DNA from: a virus
Lineage: Duplodnaviria; Caudoviricetes
Length of the DNA stretch: 64,000 nt
Virus record (IMG/VR): IMGVR_UViG_3300017911_000967
Coordinates: 1-64,000 of that record
Direction: 5' to 3' (one strand)
A program made the translations under genes and the position numbers. The notes under the pieces are model-generated. The model did not search any database, was not told the DNA's origin, and saw nothing but the letters and a program-made list of their open reading frames with translations. Positions 47,701 through 58,500 of this stretch are shown here, one piece after another. Each line of letters begins with the position of its first letter. Position 1 is the stretch's first letter.

Positions 47701-49672
47701 GTTTGTTGGACAACGAGTCGCGGGTGTTGAAGTCATTCCATTCATGCGATCACGTTTAGTCTCGTTCAAGGCAGAAGGTCTTCGTCCTAACGCTAAGGTA
47801 TGGGCATACTTCGGTAACCGCAATGTATCCGAATGGTGTCGACCAACGAACAGGTTTGTTGAGTTCTCAACTACAGATTCGGAAGTAGGATCAACTCAGT
47901 CTTCAGCAACAGGCATCGTTGGTTCTAGTCAGTTGACTACTAACGACAGAGGTGAAGTTGTTGGTGAGTTCTTGATCCCGAATACGGATGCATTAAGATT
48001 CCGAACAGGAACACAAGACTTCCAGATCTTAGACATCAATGTAGACACCACGTCTGCAAGACTAACAACAGAACAGGCGTCAGAGTCATTAACAAACTCT
48101 ACTGCACCTTACACATCGACTGGAACTATTGAGTCCATCCAAAGAACTATCCGAACCACGCGTGTACCACAACGTGTGCGTGGTCGCCGCGATCCACTTG
48201 CGCAGTCTTTCTTTGTTGATCCAACGGAAAATCCAAACGGTATCTTCTTAACTAAGGTGCGTGTCTATGTTCAAAGCAAAGACTCTACCATTCCAATGCA
48301 GGTACAAATTCGTCCAGTAGAGAACGGCATACCGACAACCACTATTGTACCAGGCTCGGTGAAGTTTGTCAAACCAGATGACATCACACTTGCACCTAAC
48401 ACGGACATTGAAAGTATTCGGTCTAATGGAACCACCATTGAGTTCGATGAACCAGTATATCTAACCGCAGGTGAAGAGTATGCGATTGTCCTACTTGCCG
48501 AGTCAGTTGACTATAACGTATACGTAGCACAAACCTACGAGACGATTATTGGTGGCAATGAAGGTAAGGTATCGAAACAACCTTCACTTGGTTCACTGTT
48601 CATGTCACAGAGTGGATCAACGTGGACACCAGATCAGACCAAAGATCTAATGTTCGAACTAGAACGCGCAGAGTTTGAATCGTCAGGAAATGTATATTTA
48701 ATCAATGGAAGTCTACCTTTAGTATCACTGGAAGACTCTCCGTTCAGCACAACAGAATCGTCTAATCGAGTTTTGGTCCGACATGAAGGTCACGGTTTTA
48801 CTAGATTTGATCAGGTAACATTCTCTGGGTCTACCGCAGTTGGTGGCCTTGATTTAAATTCAACATTTACTATTGACAATGTTACATCTACAGGGTATAC
48901 TATCGTAACTGGTCAGACGAATACTGCTACATCAACTTCTGTTGGTGGTGGTAGTTCGGTCGTTGCAACTCAGAATGTCATGTTCGACGAATTCACTCCT
49001 CAAGTTTCATCTATTATGCCTAACGGAACATCTCTATCCGCTACATCGGATATGTGCAAAGGTGCATCGTATGGGGGAGATGGTGATAACGGTCGTAATC
49101 CAAATTCAAGTGGTCTTTCGTATAATAGAAATATTTCTCAAGAAGTCGTATTGAATGAAGTTAATACGGGATCACACCCATCTGTTGTCGCAACTACAGA
49201 TAACAAACAGAGTCACAGTATTGAATTCAACTTGTCTCTTCAAACTTCTGACAGTAAAGTCTCTCCTTTAATTGATCTTCAACGAGTCTCCATGTTGGCT
49301 CTAGAAAATGTTATTGGTGATCAGTCAGAAGCACAACACATCACAAGACCTACAACCATTGACGAAAGCTCGATTGGACTCAAAGTCATCTTTGGTGCAA
49401 ACCGTCCAACCGGATCTTCGTTTGAAGTCTATGTTAAGACTTCTGCTGATGATGATTCGTTATCCGATGCACCTTGGACCCTAGTATCGATTGATAGTCC
49501 GGTACCTTCAGACGACAATGTATCGGTTTTCCGTGAGTATGAGTATACGCAAGAAAATCCAGATACCGTTGATTCCTTCAGTGCGTTCCAAGTAAAGGTT
49601 GTTATGAAATCAAGTAACTCATCTAAGTCTCCACGCATTCGAGACTTGCGTGTTATCGCACTGGTAACATAA
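44750..49672 (+). CDS. large virion structural protein (DUF4815/VrlC-like)
   Basis: YHRVLF..GRALQAREL..LQ, PGAHR, LA.RT.EESGDY, DNGQRD, YYLPRID, YTMKDI, DPLAQSF. Confidence 0.85.
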   Translation: MTTDNNIDKPQPVTDTTFKTDYRDYYDEKDGYHRVLFNAGRALQARELIELQTIIQEEISRFGGNVFKEGALVKPGGVTVDNKVEFVRFTETSVVPSDIQVLTHDESGIKAKVLSVDTESKTVYVQYTDTLNAGGGETAPRFSVGDRLEAGQVEASGLSTWAYFASGDYFVQGHFVHAVGGELIIDPEGTSYLDADGRSIPVDIGFKIEEVIFTEGEDPDLFDNQGEYPNSTSPGAHRYKIILTPSTREQSDENNFVFVARVLNGEITREVTSHDGYNRINKLLAQRTKEESGDYVVQDFTAVFEDKNDQELILDVSEGIAYVDGYRLDIGRTEITVPRAQTSNKVDLESVPASYGNWVYLDLSGTNGLGDIANFGKLDLIGADGDPTNPIGSTFLRGIEKDQSGFRAYIFNTVTNTDVSFSQVHEMVTPDGSSVLKVRRESDSGATIYSTSDNNLLFPLSQSSPVANTLNKISYTQQVIKSGESPEDDGTISILDGRETQSWILSKDGVGIQEGEEYVPTLSGTYENLDTNATYSILYYQTTEPSNKSKTLKDTTINVTSGYDLISSNVVDGYEVENVFLTVGDQSSDITFMYEMDNGQRDNFYDFVRFKLKPGNTIPTGATVSVTFKYFEHSTTGGFFSAASYGTGAEGQLSYDEIPTYTMSNGNTVSLRDVIDFRPSRNSDGSFKVMPLPQNASSLVLDDVEYYLPRIDVLVANVVDSYGDVGFGELQVLQGQPSTSPRPPQIPTGSLPLYVYQLNAYTFDSTDLTSEKQSHKRYTMKDIAKIENRLEGLYELTTLSLLESSTQSLDVLDAQGNPRTKAGFIADNFSTFNFSDVNNVDYLASVETTNGELQPSFRENLVRLKYDESQGNSSRTGDYATLPYTHASFITQDVATSTMNINPFAVITQEGHITLSPSSDEWVETQTLPPIMQTVVRRTPRNPRDLRADVGFNDMWNGIANFNRNMLAEPNLFEIQPLARSVQEFVGQRVAGVEVIPFMRSRLVSFKAEGLRPNAKVWAYFGNRNVSEWCRPTNRFVEFSTTDSEVGSTQSSATGIVGSSQLTTNDRGEVVGEFLIPNTDALRFRTGTQDFQILDINVDTTSARLTTEQASESLTNSTAPYTSTGTIESIQRTIRTTRVPQRVRGRRDPLAQSFFVDPTENPNGIFLTKVRVYVQSKDSTIPMQVQIRPVENGIPTTTIVPGSVKFVKPDDITLAPNTDIESIRSNGTTIEFDEPVYLTAGEEYAIVLLAESVDYNVYVAQTYETIIGGNEGKVSKQPSLGSLFMSQSGSTWTPDQTKDLMFELERAEFESSGNVYLINGSLPLVSLEDSPFSTTESSNRVLVRHEGHGFTRFDQVTFSGSTAVGGLDLNSTFTIDNVTSTGYTIVTGQTNTATSTSVGGGSSVVATQNVMFDEFTPQVSSIMPNGTSLSATSDMCKGASYGGDGDNGRNPNSSGLSYNRNISQEVVLNEVNTGSHPSVVATTDNKQSHSIEFNLSLQTSDSKVSPLIDLQRVSMLALENVIGDQSEAQHITRPTTIDESSIGLKVIFGANRPTGSSFEVYVKTSADDDSLSDAPWTLVSIDSPVPSDDNVSVFREYEYTQENPDTVDSFSAFQVKVVMKSSNSSKSPRIRDLRVIALVT

Positions 49673-49902
49673 TGAATAAATACCAGAAGGTCGAAGGACA
49701 TACTAATCTAGTAAGAGACAAACAAACAGGGGCGATCCTGAACACCAACCGTGCAGAGATCGCAAAGGCGAGAAAAATAAAAGAGGCTAAGAGACTAGAG
49801 ACGGAAAGAATGAACTCACTCACGGAAGAGGTAACCACTCTGAAGAACGAGATGTCTGAGATCAAACAATTACTTACCCGTCTAGTGGAGAACAACGAAT
49901 GA
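49672..49902 (+). CDS. conserved small coiled-coil protein
   Basis: KVEGH.NLVRD..TGAI.N; LK.EMSEIK.LL. Confidence 0.75.
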   Translation: MNKYQKVEGHTNLVRDKQTGAILNTNRAEIAKARKIKEAKRLETERMNSLTEEVTTLKNEMSEIKQLLTRLVENNE

Positions 49903-52900
49903 GTCACGGTGACGACACAATACAGATCATTAATCTCGCGGATAACATCAACGCGGCGTTCGATAAGATCAACGAAAACTTCGAATTACTAGACGCAGGT
50001 TTAGATCGTGATGAAGTTATTGCTCTTATCACAGAACACTTGAACGACAACCCACACTTCTCTCTACAAGAGATTCGTGATCATATAGAGGGTGCCACTC
50101 TTGACATGAGTGGTAACAAAGTTTTATTCGGCAACGTGTACCCTTCAGTATCAGACCTACCAGACGCGTCTGCTTATCATGGTATGTTCGCTCATGTTCA
50201 TGACACTGGTGCTGCATACTTTGCGCACGGCGGTCAATGGGTAGAGTTAGCAAACAAGAGCGATGTGGGTACAGGGTCTTCGGACGTAGAATCTCTAGAA
50301 GACTTAGATGATGTCCAGTTTAGTTCTCCAGTGTTGGTCGGTCATGTCTTAAAGTGGGACGGAACCAAGTGGACTAACCTAGAAGACTCCAGTGGTGGCG
50401 GTGGTGGTCCAACAAATCCAGGCGAGAACGGAACCTCTTTCTATCAAGCGACAATCTACCAGAGATCTCCAACTCAACCATCGACCCCTAGTGGTGGTAC
50501 ATTCGACTTTCCTTCAGCTACACTAACCCCACCTTCAGATTGGTCAGGTACTATCCCAGAAGGTGATGATGACCTATGGGCATGTAACTTCCTATTCAGA
50601 GATTACCTATCGCAACAGGGAACGATTACCGCAACAGATTGGTCAGAACCATATAAGTTGGGCGGAATCGTTGATGCGAACAATGGTGATTCATATGCAC
50701 AGGTTTCTATCTTTAAGAGATCGACAACATCTTTGACCGCACCAACGGGTGGGTCGTTTGATTTTGGATCTCAGGTATTGACTCCACCGTCAGAGTGGTC
50801 TATTGTTCCCCCTCTACCTCAAGACGAAAATGGTAATCCAACCGGAGATCTATATGTAAGTTCTGGCATCGCAACCAACGCTGGACTATCAGATCCTACG
50901 GGTAAAGACACAGACATCAACTGGACTAACCCAGTAAAGACCTCTACAGGTCTCGACGGACAAGACGGTAAGTCTATCTTCGAGAAGGCAGTATACCGCA
51001 AGGTTCCTAAACCAGACGGATGGAAAGTTGGTGACGATATCCCAACTCCGTCTAAACCAGAAGGTGGTTTCTTCGACTTCGGTAACGAGGTGTTCGGTGG
51101 TGACCCACTAGATTCCGTTGCAGGAGAGTCGGGTGTTTGGTTCGAAGGAATCCCAGAAGGATCAGGTGACGTATGGTCATCTACCTATGCGTTCAGTGTT
51201 ATCGGTGATACTGGAACAGATTATGCAGTCGTGGACGGATGGAGCGAACCTACACTAGGTATCATTGAGAGTGTATCAACATACTCCAAGGCTCTATACA
51301 CACGATCTGCAACACCACCAAACCCGATCGCAAACAGTAATGGTGTTGTCTATAACTTCACAGAAGATCGTTTTGAAAAGATAGGTGATACAGATGTCGT
51401 TGCTGGTGTAACCAATGGTACATGGTATGAAGAACCGCCAGAGTTAGACCTAGACAATCCTCTGAACTTATATGAAGTGAGGACAACTGCAAGTCTTATT
51501 GGGTATCTTGGTGTCGACAATACACTAACCTTCAGCGCACCTAAACTAGTAATGAACTATGCGGTCGACGCGGAGGATGGTTTCAGTTTTGTTCAGTTGA
51601 GTGTTTACAAGTGGTCGAATACTAGTCTTGATAATAATGCAGGCAAACCTTCAGGCGGTAGTTTCGACTTCTCAACGAAGACCTTTACACAACCAAGTGG
51701 GTGGTCTAAGACCATACCGGAGAACCCAGACGAAGACGACGCAAACATGAGGTTGTATGTGTCGTCCGGTATTGCTTCGACGCAACCAAACTCTGGTGAC
51801 AGTACAGATCCAATCGTTGTCGATGATGTTATCGTTTGGTCTACACCAGACGTAACAACCGCCGGTGGTTCTGGTCGTGATGGTCGATCTACATTTAGAG
51901 CAGTTATTGTTCGAAGATCAGATCAAAATCCACCATCGAGTCCAACGGGTGGTTTTGTAAACTTCGGTGCTAATGCTGCAACAAAAACACAGGCAGAGGC
52001 TGCGGCAGCAAACGTCACGTCCAGTGGAACTCTAACGATCGCCGGTAACTCTTTAGTTCCACCAGACGGGTGGTACGATACCGTTGCAGAAATTCCATCG
52101 AGTCAAGCTCCGGACGGTAAGATCTGGGCAGTAGAATATCAATTCGCCACAGATGGCGATACTGGTGTCGAGCCTGGTGGTACATGGTCTGCACCGTATG
52201 AAGATCACAACAATGGTGAGGACGGTTACTCAACCTTCTCCGCATCTGTTTATAAAAGAAGTGCCAACAAACCACCAGCAAGTGGTGGTAAGTGGGGCCC
52301 TGTCGGTGCAACATATAGTTTTACCAATGATCGCGTAGAGAACTTGTCTGGCACTGGATGGACAGAAGATCCACAAGAATCCAATGAAGATCTCGATCCA
52401 TTGTGGTTATGTCGTGCGACTGCGACTACGAAGGGACTTACAGGAACCGACGCGACACTGACTTGGTCAGAACCAGTAAAGGTTTCAACCGATGGACAGC
52501 CAGGCGAAGTAGACCCAACTACTATACCTCAACAAGAGAACGGTTATGTCTACTACCTAGTTGGGGACGGGACATCCGATGGTCCAGACACTCCAACCGC
52601 AACCAGTTTCAATTTCATAGGAACTGGAACGGTAGGCACTGACGGAACATTTACTGGGCTAACAAACAACTGGTCTATCTCTCCACCGCAAGACACGAAC
52701 CTAACCGGAAGTCTATGGGCAGCAAGATTCTTTGCAGTAGAAGATACTGCGGGAAGTCGAACTGCGACAACTGCCTCAGGTAACTTATTGTTCAGTCCTC
52801 CATTTAAGTCATACTCATTTGATGGTTTGGTAACCTTTACGAACACACAAGGTGCCCTGAGTCGAGACGATGGTGGCGCGACACGCATCGATGGTGGGTT

Positions 52901-53144
52901 TATCTCTGCAAATACCATCGAAGTAGAATCTATAAAAACCGACGATCTAGATGCTAAGATTGCCACTGTCGCACAAACTTTAGTTGTCGGTGGTGCTGCA
53001 ACGGACATAGATACTACGCAAGCGGACGGTTACTCATCATCGGGTGAGAGAATGGTTCTCACCGGAGAAAACATTAGAATTTATGATGCAAGCAGCACAG
53101 ATGAATCTACAGGACTTCGCGTCAAACTAGGGAAACTTGTATAA
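49899..53144 (+). CDS. tail fibre/adhesin-like protein with tandem ~100-aa beta modules
   Basis: Repeats of Y.RS...P..P.GG.FDF...P..W...P...LW...W..P; N-terminal KINENF; C-terminal LRVKLGKL. Confidence 0.75.
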   Translation: MSHGDDTIQIINLADNINAAFDKINENFELLDAGLDRDEVIALITEHLNDNPHFSLQEIRDHIEGATLDMSGNKVLFGNVYPSVSDLPDASAYHGMFAHVHDTGAAYFAHGGQWVELANKSDVGTGSSDVESLEDLDDVQFSSPVLVGHVLKWDGTKWTNLEDSSGGGGGPTNPGENGTSFYQATIYQRSPTQPSTPSGGTFDFPSATLTPPSDWSGTIPEGDDDLWACNFLFRDYLSQQGTITATDWSEPYKLGGIVDANNGDSYAQVSIFKRSTTSLTAPTGGSFDFGSQVLTPPSEWSIVPPLPQDENGNPTGDLYVSSGIATNAGLSDPTGKDTDINWTNPVKTSTGLDGQDGKSIFEKAVYRKVPKPDGWKVGDDIPTPSKPEGGFFDFGNEVFGGDPLDSVAGESGVWFEGIPEGSGDVWSSTYAFSVIGDTGTDYAVVDGWSEPTLGIIESVSTYSKALYTRSATPPNPIANSNGVVYNFTEDRFEKIGDTDVVAGVTNGTWYEEPPELDLDNPLNLYEVRTTASLIGYLGVDNTLTFSAPKLVMNYAVDAEDGFSFVQLSVYKWSNTSLDNNAGKPSGGSFDFSTKTFTQPSGWSKTIPENPDEDDANMRLYVSSGIASTQPNSGDSTDPIVVDDVIVWSTPDVTTAGGSGRDGRSTFRAVIVRRSDQNPPSSPTGGFVNFGANAATKTQAEAAAANVTSSGTLTIAGNSLVPPDGWYDTVAEIPSSQAPDGKIWAVEYQFATDGDTGVEPGGTWSAPYEDHNNGEDGYSTFSASVYKRSANKPPASGGKWGPVGATYSFTNDRVENLSGTGWTEDPQESNEDLDPLWLCRATATTKGLTGTDATLTWSEPVKVSTDGQPGEVDPTTIPQQENGYVYYLVGDGTSDGPDTPTATSFNFIGTGTVGTDGTFTGLTNNWSISPPQDTNLTGSLWAARFFAVEDTAGSRTATTASGNLLFSPPFKSYSFDGLVTFTNTQGALSRDDGGATRIDGGFISANTIEVESIKTDDLDAKIATVAQTLVVGGAATDIDTTQADGYSSSGERMVLTGENIRIYDASSTDESTGLRVKLGKLV

Positions 53145-53512
53145 TGTCTTACGGAATAGAAGTCTACAATTCAGAAGGCACAAAGATTGTAAGTCCTAAT
53201 AGTAGTTTAGGGACCATTATTGCATATGGAAGGGTTCCGGCCGATCGATCGAGATATGAGGCAATTCTTGAGGGAAACCCAAATGCGGGTAATATAATGA
53301 ATGGAAATGCGGTATACATATGGGGTGAGTTGGTAGATATCCCAGTTTTTGTCCCTAACTTTATAAACGATTCTTTACATGAAATAATCATCGTTTGTCC
53401 CTCTAACATCATTGTTGGAAATGGTTCAATTGTAAGTAAATCAAATGGAAGTTTTGTTCTTAGAAGAAATGATAAATTCGATGCGGCTTGGTATGTAGTG
53501 AGGCGAGGATGA
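53144..53512 (+). CDS. tail-tip accessory protein
   Basis: MSYGIEVYNSEG N-terminus. Confidence 0.55.
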   Translation: MSYGIEVYNSEGTKIVSPNSSLGTIIAYGRVPADRSRYEAILEGNPNAGNIMNGNAVYIWGELVDIPVFVPNFINDSLHEIIIVCPSNIIVGNGSIVSKSNGSFVLRRNDKFDAAWYVVRRG

Positions 53513-54945
53513 GTTACGGAATTGAAATAAGAAATTCTGACGGTAATATTATTATCGAAGATGGTTTTAAAAACTTTCAAGTAGTTGCCTTCGGCACTAC
53601 CAGTGCTGGTTCGGTTATACCATATGGAAATAATTTTTTGACCGGAGGACTCATTTTCGGTAAACCTTCTGGTGTAAACCAAAATGATTTTTATGGATGG
53701 CATATTGCAGGAAATAGTACTACTGGAAATTTTGTCGGCGTCGGTCGTGGATCTGTAAACCTAGTTGATCCAGTTCAAGAAAGACCTAACCCATTTAGTG
53801 GAAATACAACTACTTATGATTATACAACAACTCCTATAACTCTACCTAATGTTGGTAAGATGGCACCCAGTGTAGATTGGGTATATGTGGAACCTTCGGC
53901 AACTTCACCCAATCCATCTGATTATGGATTAGAGGTTTATGCGGCCGACGGAACCGTATCGTACACTAGTACAGTAGAAAGCGAGTTTGATCTAACCTCC
54001 GTTGTAACTATTACTAACTTCGATCCACCATATTACGGACAGGATGATTTTCACGCTACTGGATTCTTCAGCGCAAGTGACTCAGCATTTAATTATTATA
54101 TGTGTCTAAGTAATCTTGTTTCGTTTCCTGTTACTACAATTCCTGGCCAGTATGGATGGGTGAATTCTGGAAGATGGACGGCTGGTGGAATAACATTTTA
54201 CCAACCAACATGGAATATTGCGAACTTCACTAGTGTAGGACAACAAATTCTTATAGGTAAATATGTAGGAACTTCTTCTGGCGCTGAATCTGGCGGAAAC
54301 GAAACAGAGACACCGAATCTTGCGCCAACTTATATTTCTGGGGTTGCATCCTCTTATACATTAAATACTAATGGTACCACAATCACTCCGATTTTCAGTG
54401 ATCCTGAAGGTGGTCAAATAACCATTACTTTTTACACTTCTGGAACTTTAGGTGGAGCATCAATTGAACTAATCAATAATGGAACACAGATTAGAATAGT
54501 TCCAGGCGATAACGATGCAAGTTTTTCTCTAACTATAGTTGGAAGTGATGGGACTCAAGGAACATCAAGGGTTGCAGCAATTAACTATACCGTACCGGCG
54601 TCATCAAACAATCCGCCAGTGATTGCTACAAACAGTGTAAGCAGTTCTTACTCATTGCAGGGAACTTCTGCAACAACAACCATATCACCTCTTGTTATAG
54701 AACCAGATGGTGACTCTTATACTCTAAGCGCTTCTGTCACGGGAAGTAGTACAGGAATGTCTGTGACTGTGAATCAAAATAATACTATTACTGTATCATG
54801 GAATGGTGCTATGGTCGGTCTGTCATTCACACTAAATATAACCGCAGTGGATCAAAACGGTGCGGTTAGCAGTCCAGTATCTACAATTATAATTTGGGAG
54901 TCGGGTGGAGGTTTTCCTCCCATAGATCCAGGCGGATTGTTCTAA
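53509..54945 (+). CDS. tail-tip/receptor-binding protein with two C-terminal Ig/cadherin-like domains
   Basis: MSYGIEIRNSDG and YGLEVYAADG; two N.AP/PP...DPEG/EPDG...LTI...D..G units. Confidence 0.6.
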   Translation: MSYGIEIRNSDGNIIIEDGFKNFQVVAFGTTSAGSVIPYGNNFLTGGLIFGKPSGVNQNDFYGWHIAGNSTTGNFVGVGRGSVNLVDPVQERPNPFSGNTTTYDYTTTPITLPNVGKMAPSVDWVYVEPSATSPNPSDYGLEVYAADGTVSYTSTVESEFDLTSVVTITNFDPPYYGQDDFHATGFFSASDSAFNYYMCLSNLVSFPVTTIPGQYGWVNSGRWTAGGITFYQPTWNIANFTSVGQQILIGKYVGTSSGAESGGNETETPNLAPTYISGVASSYTLNTNGTTITPIFSDPEGGQITITFYTSGTLGGASIELINNGTQIRIVPGDNDASFSLTIVGSDGTQGTSRVAAINYTVPASSNNPPVIATNSVSSSYSLQGTSATTTISPLVIEPDGDSYTLSASVTGSSTGMSVTVNQNNTITVSWNGAMVGLSFTLNITAVDQNGAVSSPVSTIIIWESGGGFPPIDPGGLF

Positions 54946-54979
54946 TCTAGTTTAATTTAAAAAATCAAAGGGAAATAAA

Positions 54980-55432
54980 ATGAAAATTTTGGCATATGTA
55001 GATCAAGGAACAGGACAGATAGTCTCAGTATCTAGCGTCTCAGTTAGTGCCCCTAGTCATGAAGATGGAAATATAGTAGATGGTTTCCTTGTTAAAGATA
55101 TTAGTTTCGCAGGAACTTCTTGGCAAACTTTCGGAAAAGATCATTGGTGGGACGGTGGAGAATGGGTAGAAAGGGGCGAACAACCAACCCAATATCATTC
55201 ATGGTTAAATGGTGAGTGGGTGTTTGTTCAATCTTCATTTGAAACCTCAGTAAGAAACATTAGAGATCAACTACTTCAACAGTCGGACTGGACTCAGATT
55301 CCAGACGCCCCACTATCGACAGATATGAAGAACGCATGGGCGGGATACCGTCAAGAGTTGCGTGATATTACTTCAAACTTAGAAGGTTTGACTAGTTTAG
55401 AAGACGTAAACTGGCCAGAACCACCACAGTAA
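54980..55432 (+). CDS. tail fibre assembly chaperone
   Basis: VRNIRDQLLQQSDWTQIPDAPL...W..YRQELRDI...WPEPP. Confidence 0.85.
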   Translation: MKILAYVDQGTGQIVSVSSVSVSAPSHEDGNIVDGFLVKDISFAGTSWQTFGKDHWWDGGEWVERGEQPTQYHSWLNGEWVFVQSSFETSVRNIRDQLLQQSDWTQIPDAPLSTDMKNAWAGYRQELRDITSNLEGLTSLEDVNWPEPPQ

Positions 55433-55458
55433 TAGTTGACACAAATATTTTTACAAAA

Positions 55459-55500
55459 GTGCGGTTACTTCGGTTCCCGCATTTTTTTTTCTTATAAATA
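55459..55500 (+). promoter_or_regulatory. terminator hairpin followed by late promoter
   Basis: GTGCGG..TTCG..CCGCAT plus T9; TATAAATA at 55493-55500. Confidence 0.7.
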
Positions 55501-55551
55501 ACTGTTGTCATTAACCAATAAATCCTTTTAACTTAAAAGAGAGACGATATC

Positions 55552-58500
55552 GTGTCAGCATCTAGTATACCACTAAAAATTCAAAATGCTAATGGTGACC
55601 TACAAGAATTCACTCCATCGGACGAATTATTTCTTTCGTATGCAGTGGGACAAGCATTAGTTGCGGCCGCATCTAATGACGTTGGTAATATCAGTTTGAC
55701 TGAAGGCCAATCAATCGGTTCATTTGTAGATTCTTACTACAATGAAATATCTGGCACCCACCCTGCTTCACAGATCACGGGTGCCTCAGTGACCACCACT
55801 CTGAAGCAAGTGAGTGGCCCAGCAGATGAATCCGGTGCAGACTTTGTCCGTCCAGTAGGTTATTACGACGTTGATCCAAACCCAGGCTTCTACGAAATGG
55901 TAGACGGGGACTTGGACAACCTAGCAGGTCGTGTTCTGTCTAACTTAGTACAGAACGACTATATCGGTACTTTCAAACTGTCCGCTACCCAACCAAGTGC
56001 AGACTATACAAAGTTCATTGACTCTGTATTCTCCGACACTCACGGTAATGGTGCAGGTGGTACCGTAGTAACAAACTACCACATTTGGATGCGTACTTCT
56101 ATGACGGCGGTTGCTCCAGTTCGTCCAGTAGCGACAAGCTACGACGGTTCTGGTTTCAACGGTCTACGTGAAATGACAGATGCCCAGATCCAGTACACAC
56201 TAGGTCAACGCATCAAGTCACTTCGTGCTACTTCCGGAGCGATTGGTTCATACCAACTACGTTCAACAGCACAGGGCGCACCAACAGTCCCAGGCACATG
56301 GGTGTCTGTAGGCACTGCACAGAACACACGTCGTACACCAGTTGACGTTGCATACGCAAGAACTCGCGTATCTTCATACAACCGTGCACGTGTTTCTGCA
56401 TACACTCGTACTCGTACATCTTCATATACGCGTAACAGTGTCAGTACATTTACTCGCACATTCGTAGGAAACTACGTCGGTGCATATTCACGTGACTTTG
56501 TAGGCAACTACTCACGTGACTTTGTTGGGAACTACTCACGTACTCGCCCATCATCGTACTCAGGTACATACGCACGTACTCGCGTATCATCGTATTCACG
56601 TACTCGCCTAACTGCGTTTACTGGATACTTCGCGGGAACTTACTCACGTGCTCGTGTTTCGGTTTACACTCGTAACCGCGTCACACCATTCACTGGTACA
56701 TTCTCACGTAACCGTACTTCATCGTACACTCGTGGCCGTGTATCATCTTACGTAGGCACTTACGCTCGCACACGTGTATCTTCATACTCAGCAGATTACA
56801 CACGTAACCGTGTATCAACATATTCAGGAACTTATGCGGGAACATACTCCCGTCTACGTGTTTCTGCGTATGCTGGAACATACACGCGCAACCGTGTTTC
56901 TTCTTATGCTGGAACATACACACGCACACGCGTATCTGCATATGCGACAGACTTTACCCGCGTCCGTGAACAGAACTTCGCAGGGACTTACACTGGTTAC
57001 TATACTGGCGTATTCTCTCGTGCTCGTGTATCAACTTATACGCGTAACCGTGTAACAGGTTTCGCAGGTAACTTCATCGGAAACTACTCTCGCAACTTCC
57101 AAGGTAACTATTCACGTAACTTCGTGGGTAACTACTCTCGTGGATTTGCTGGTAACTTCGTAGGTAACTACTCTCGCGTATCAACACGTACATCAACTCG
57201 CACACGTTACAGTGCTTACGCTCGTACACGCATCACTAACTACGTTGGTGACTTTGCTCGTGATCGCGTCACTAACTTTGCGGGTAACTTCGTAGGAAAC
57301 TACGCTCGCACCTTCGTAGGTAACTACGGTGGTAACTATATCGGAAACTACGCTCGTGACTTCGTTGGAAACTACGTTGGTAACTACGCTCGTGCATATG
57401 TAGGTAACTACTCTCGCGGATTCGTAGGTAACTACGGTCGTAACTTCCTTGGAAACTTTGTCGGCAACTACAGCCGCAACTTCCTTGGTGACTTCGTCGG
57501 AAACTACGCTCGTGGTTTCGTCGGCGACTTCGTTGGAAATTTCGTAGGTAACTATGCACGTACTTCAACTCGTACATCTACTCGTACTCGTTACAGTGCA
57601 TACGCTCGTACTCGTGCGACAAACTATACAAGAACTCGTGGTTCTTCTTACGCTCGTACTCGTGTCACTAACTACGTTGGTAACTTCACGCGCACATCTA
57701 CTCGTAGCAGACCATCTACGTTCTCTTACGCACGTACTCTATACTACGCAGGTGACTTCGTAGGTAACTATGGTCGTACTCGCGTAACAAACTACACTCG
57801 TGCTTCAGCGGTAGGTGTAACCTATACAGGTAACTACACACGTAACCTATACTACGTCGGTAACTATGCCCGTGCATTCGCAGGAGATTTCGTAGGTAAC
57901 TATGCTCGTAACCGTGCGTTCTCATACGTAGGTAACTACGCTCGTAACCGTGCGTTCTCATACGCAGGTAACTACTCACGTACTCGTGTAACAAACTTTG
58001 CAGGGAACTTCGTAGGCAACTACGCTCGTAACTTTGTGGGTAATTATAGTCGACAAGCGGGATTCTCTCGTAACTATGCTGGTAACTATTCTCGTAACTT
58101 TACTCGGGCCCGTTCGTTCTCATTCGCAGGTAACTACACACGTACTGTTACATCAACTCGAACTTCTACTGGTACCACATGGGTCAATTTGCCAAACGGA
58201 TCGACAGGCCCTACCAGCGCTGGCCATACTTACATTTACTATAATGAAGATAGAGATCGATGGATCGGTAAGATAAATGGTCAGTGGTTATACTCGAACT
58301 ATTCCGGAAATAGATTCTACTACTTTGGTTCGACGCCAGGAGCTATCGGAACAACGTTCTCGACAGTAGCTTATAACGGGTCTCCGGCCGGATTCTGGCG
58401 AGTAGGTGTTTCCTATTATGATACGAACGATGATAGAGATTATCACTATATTCAGCAACAAAGCACGAATTCCTACACCGGAAACTTTGTAGGTAACTTA

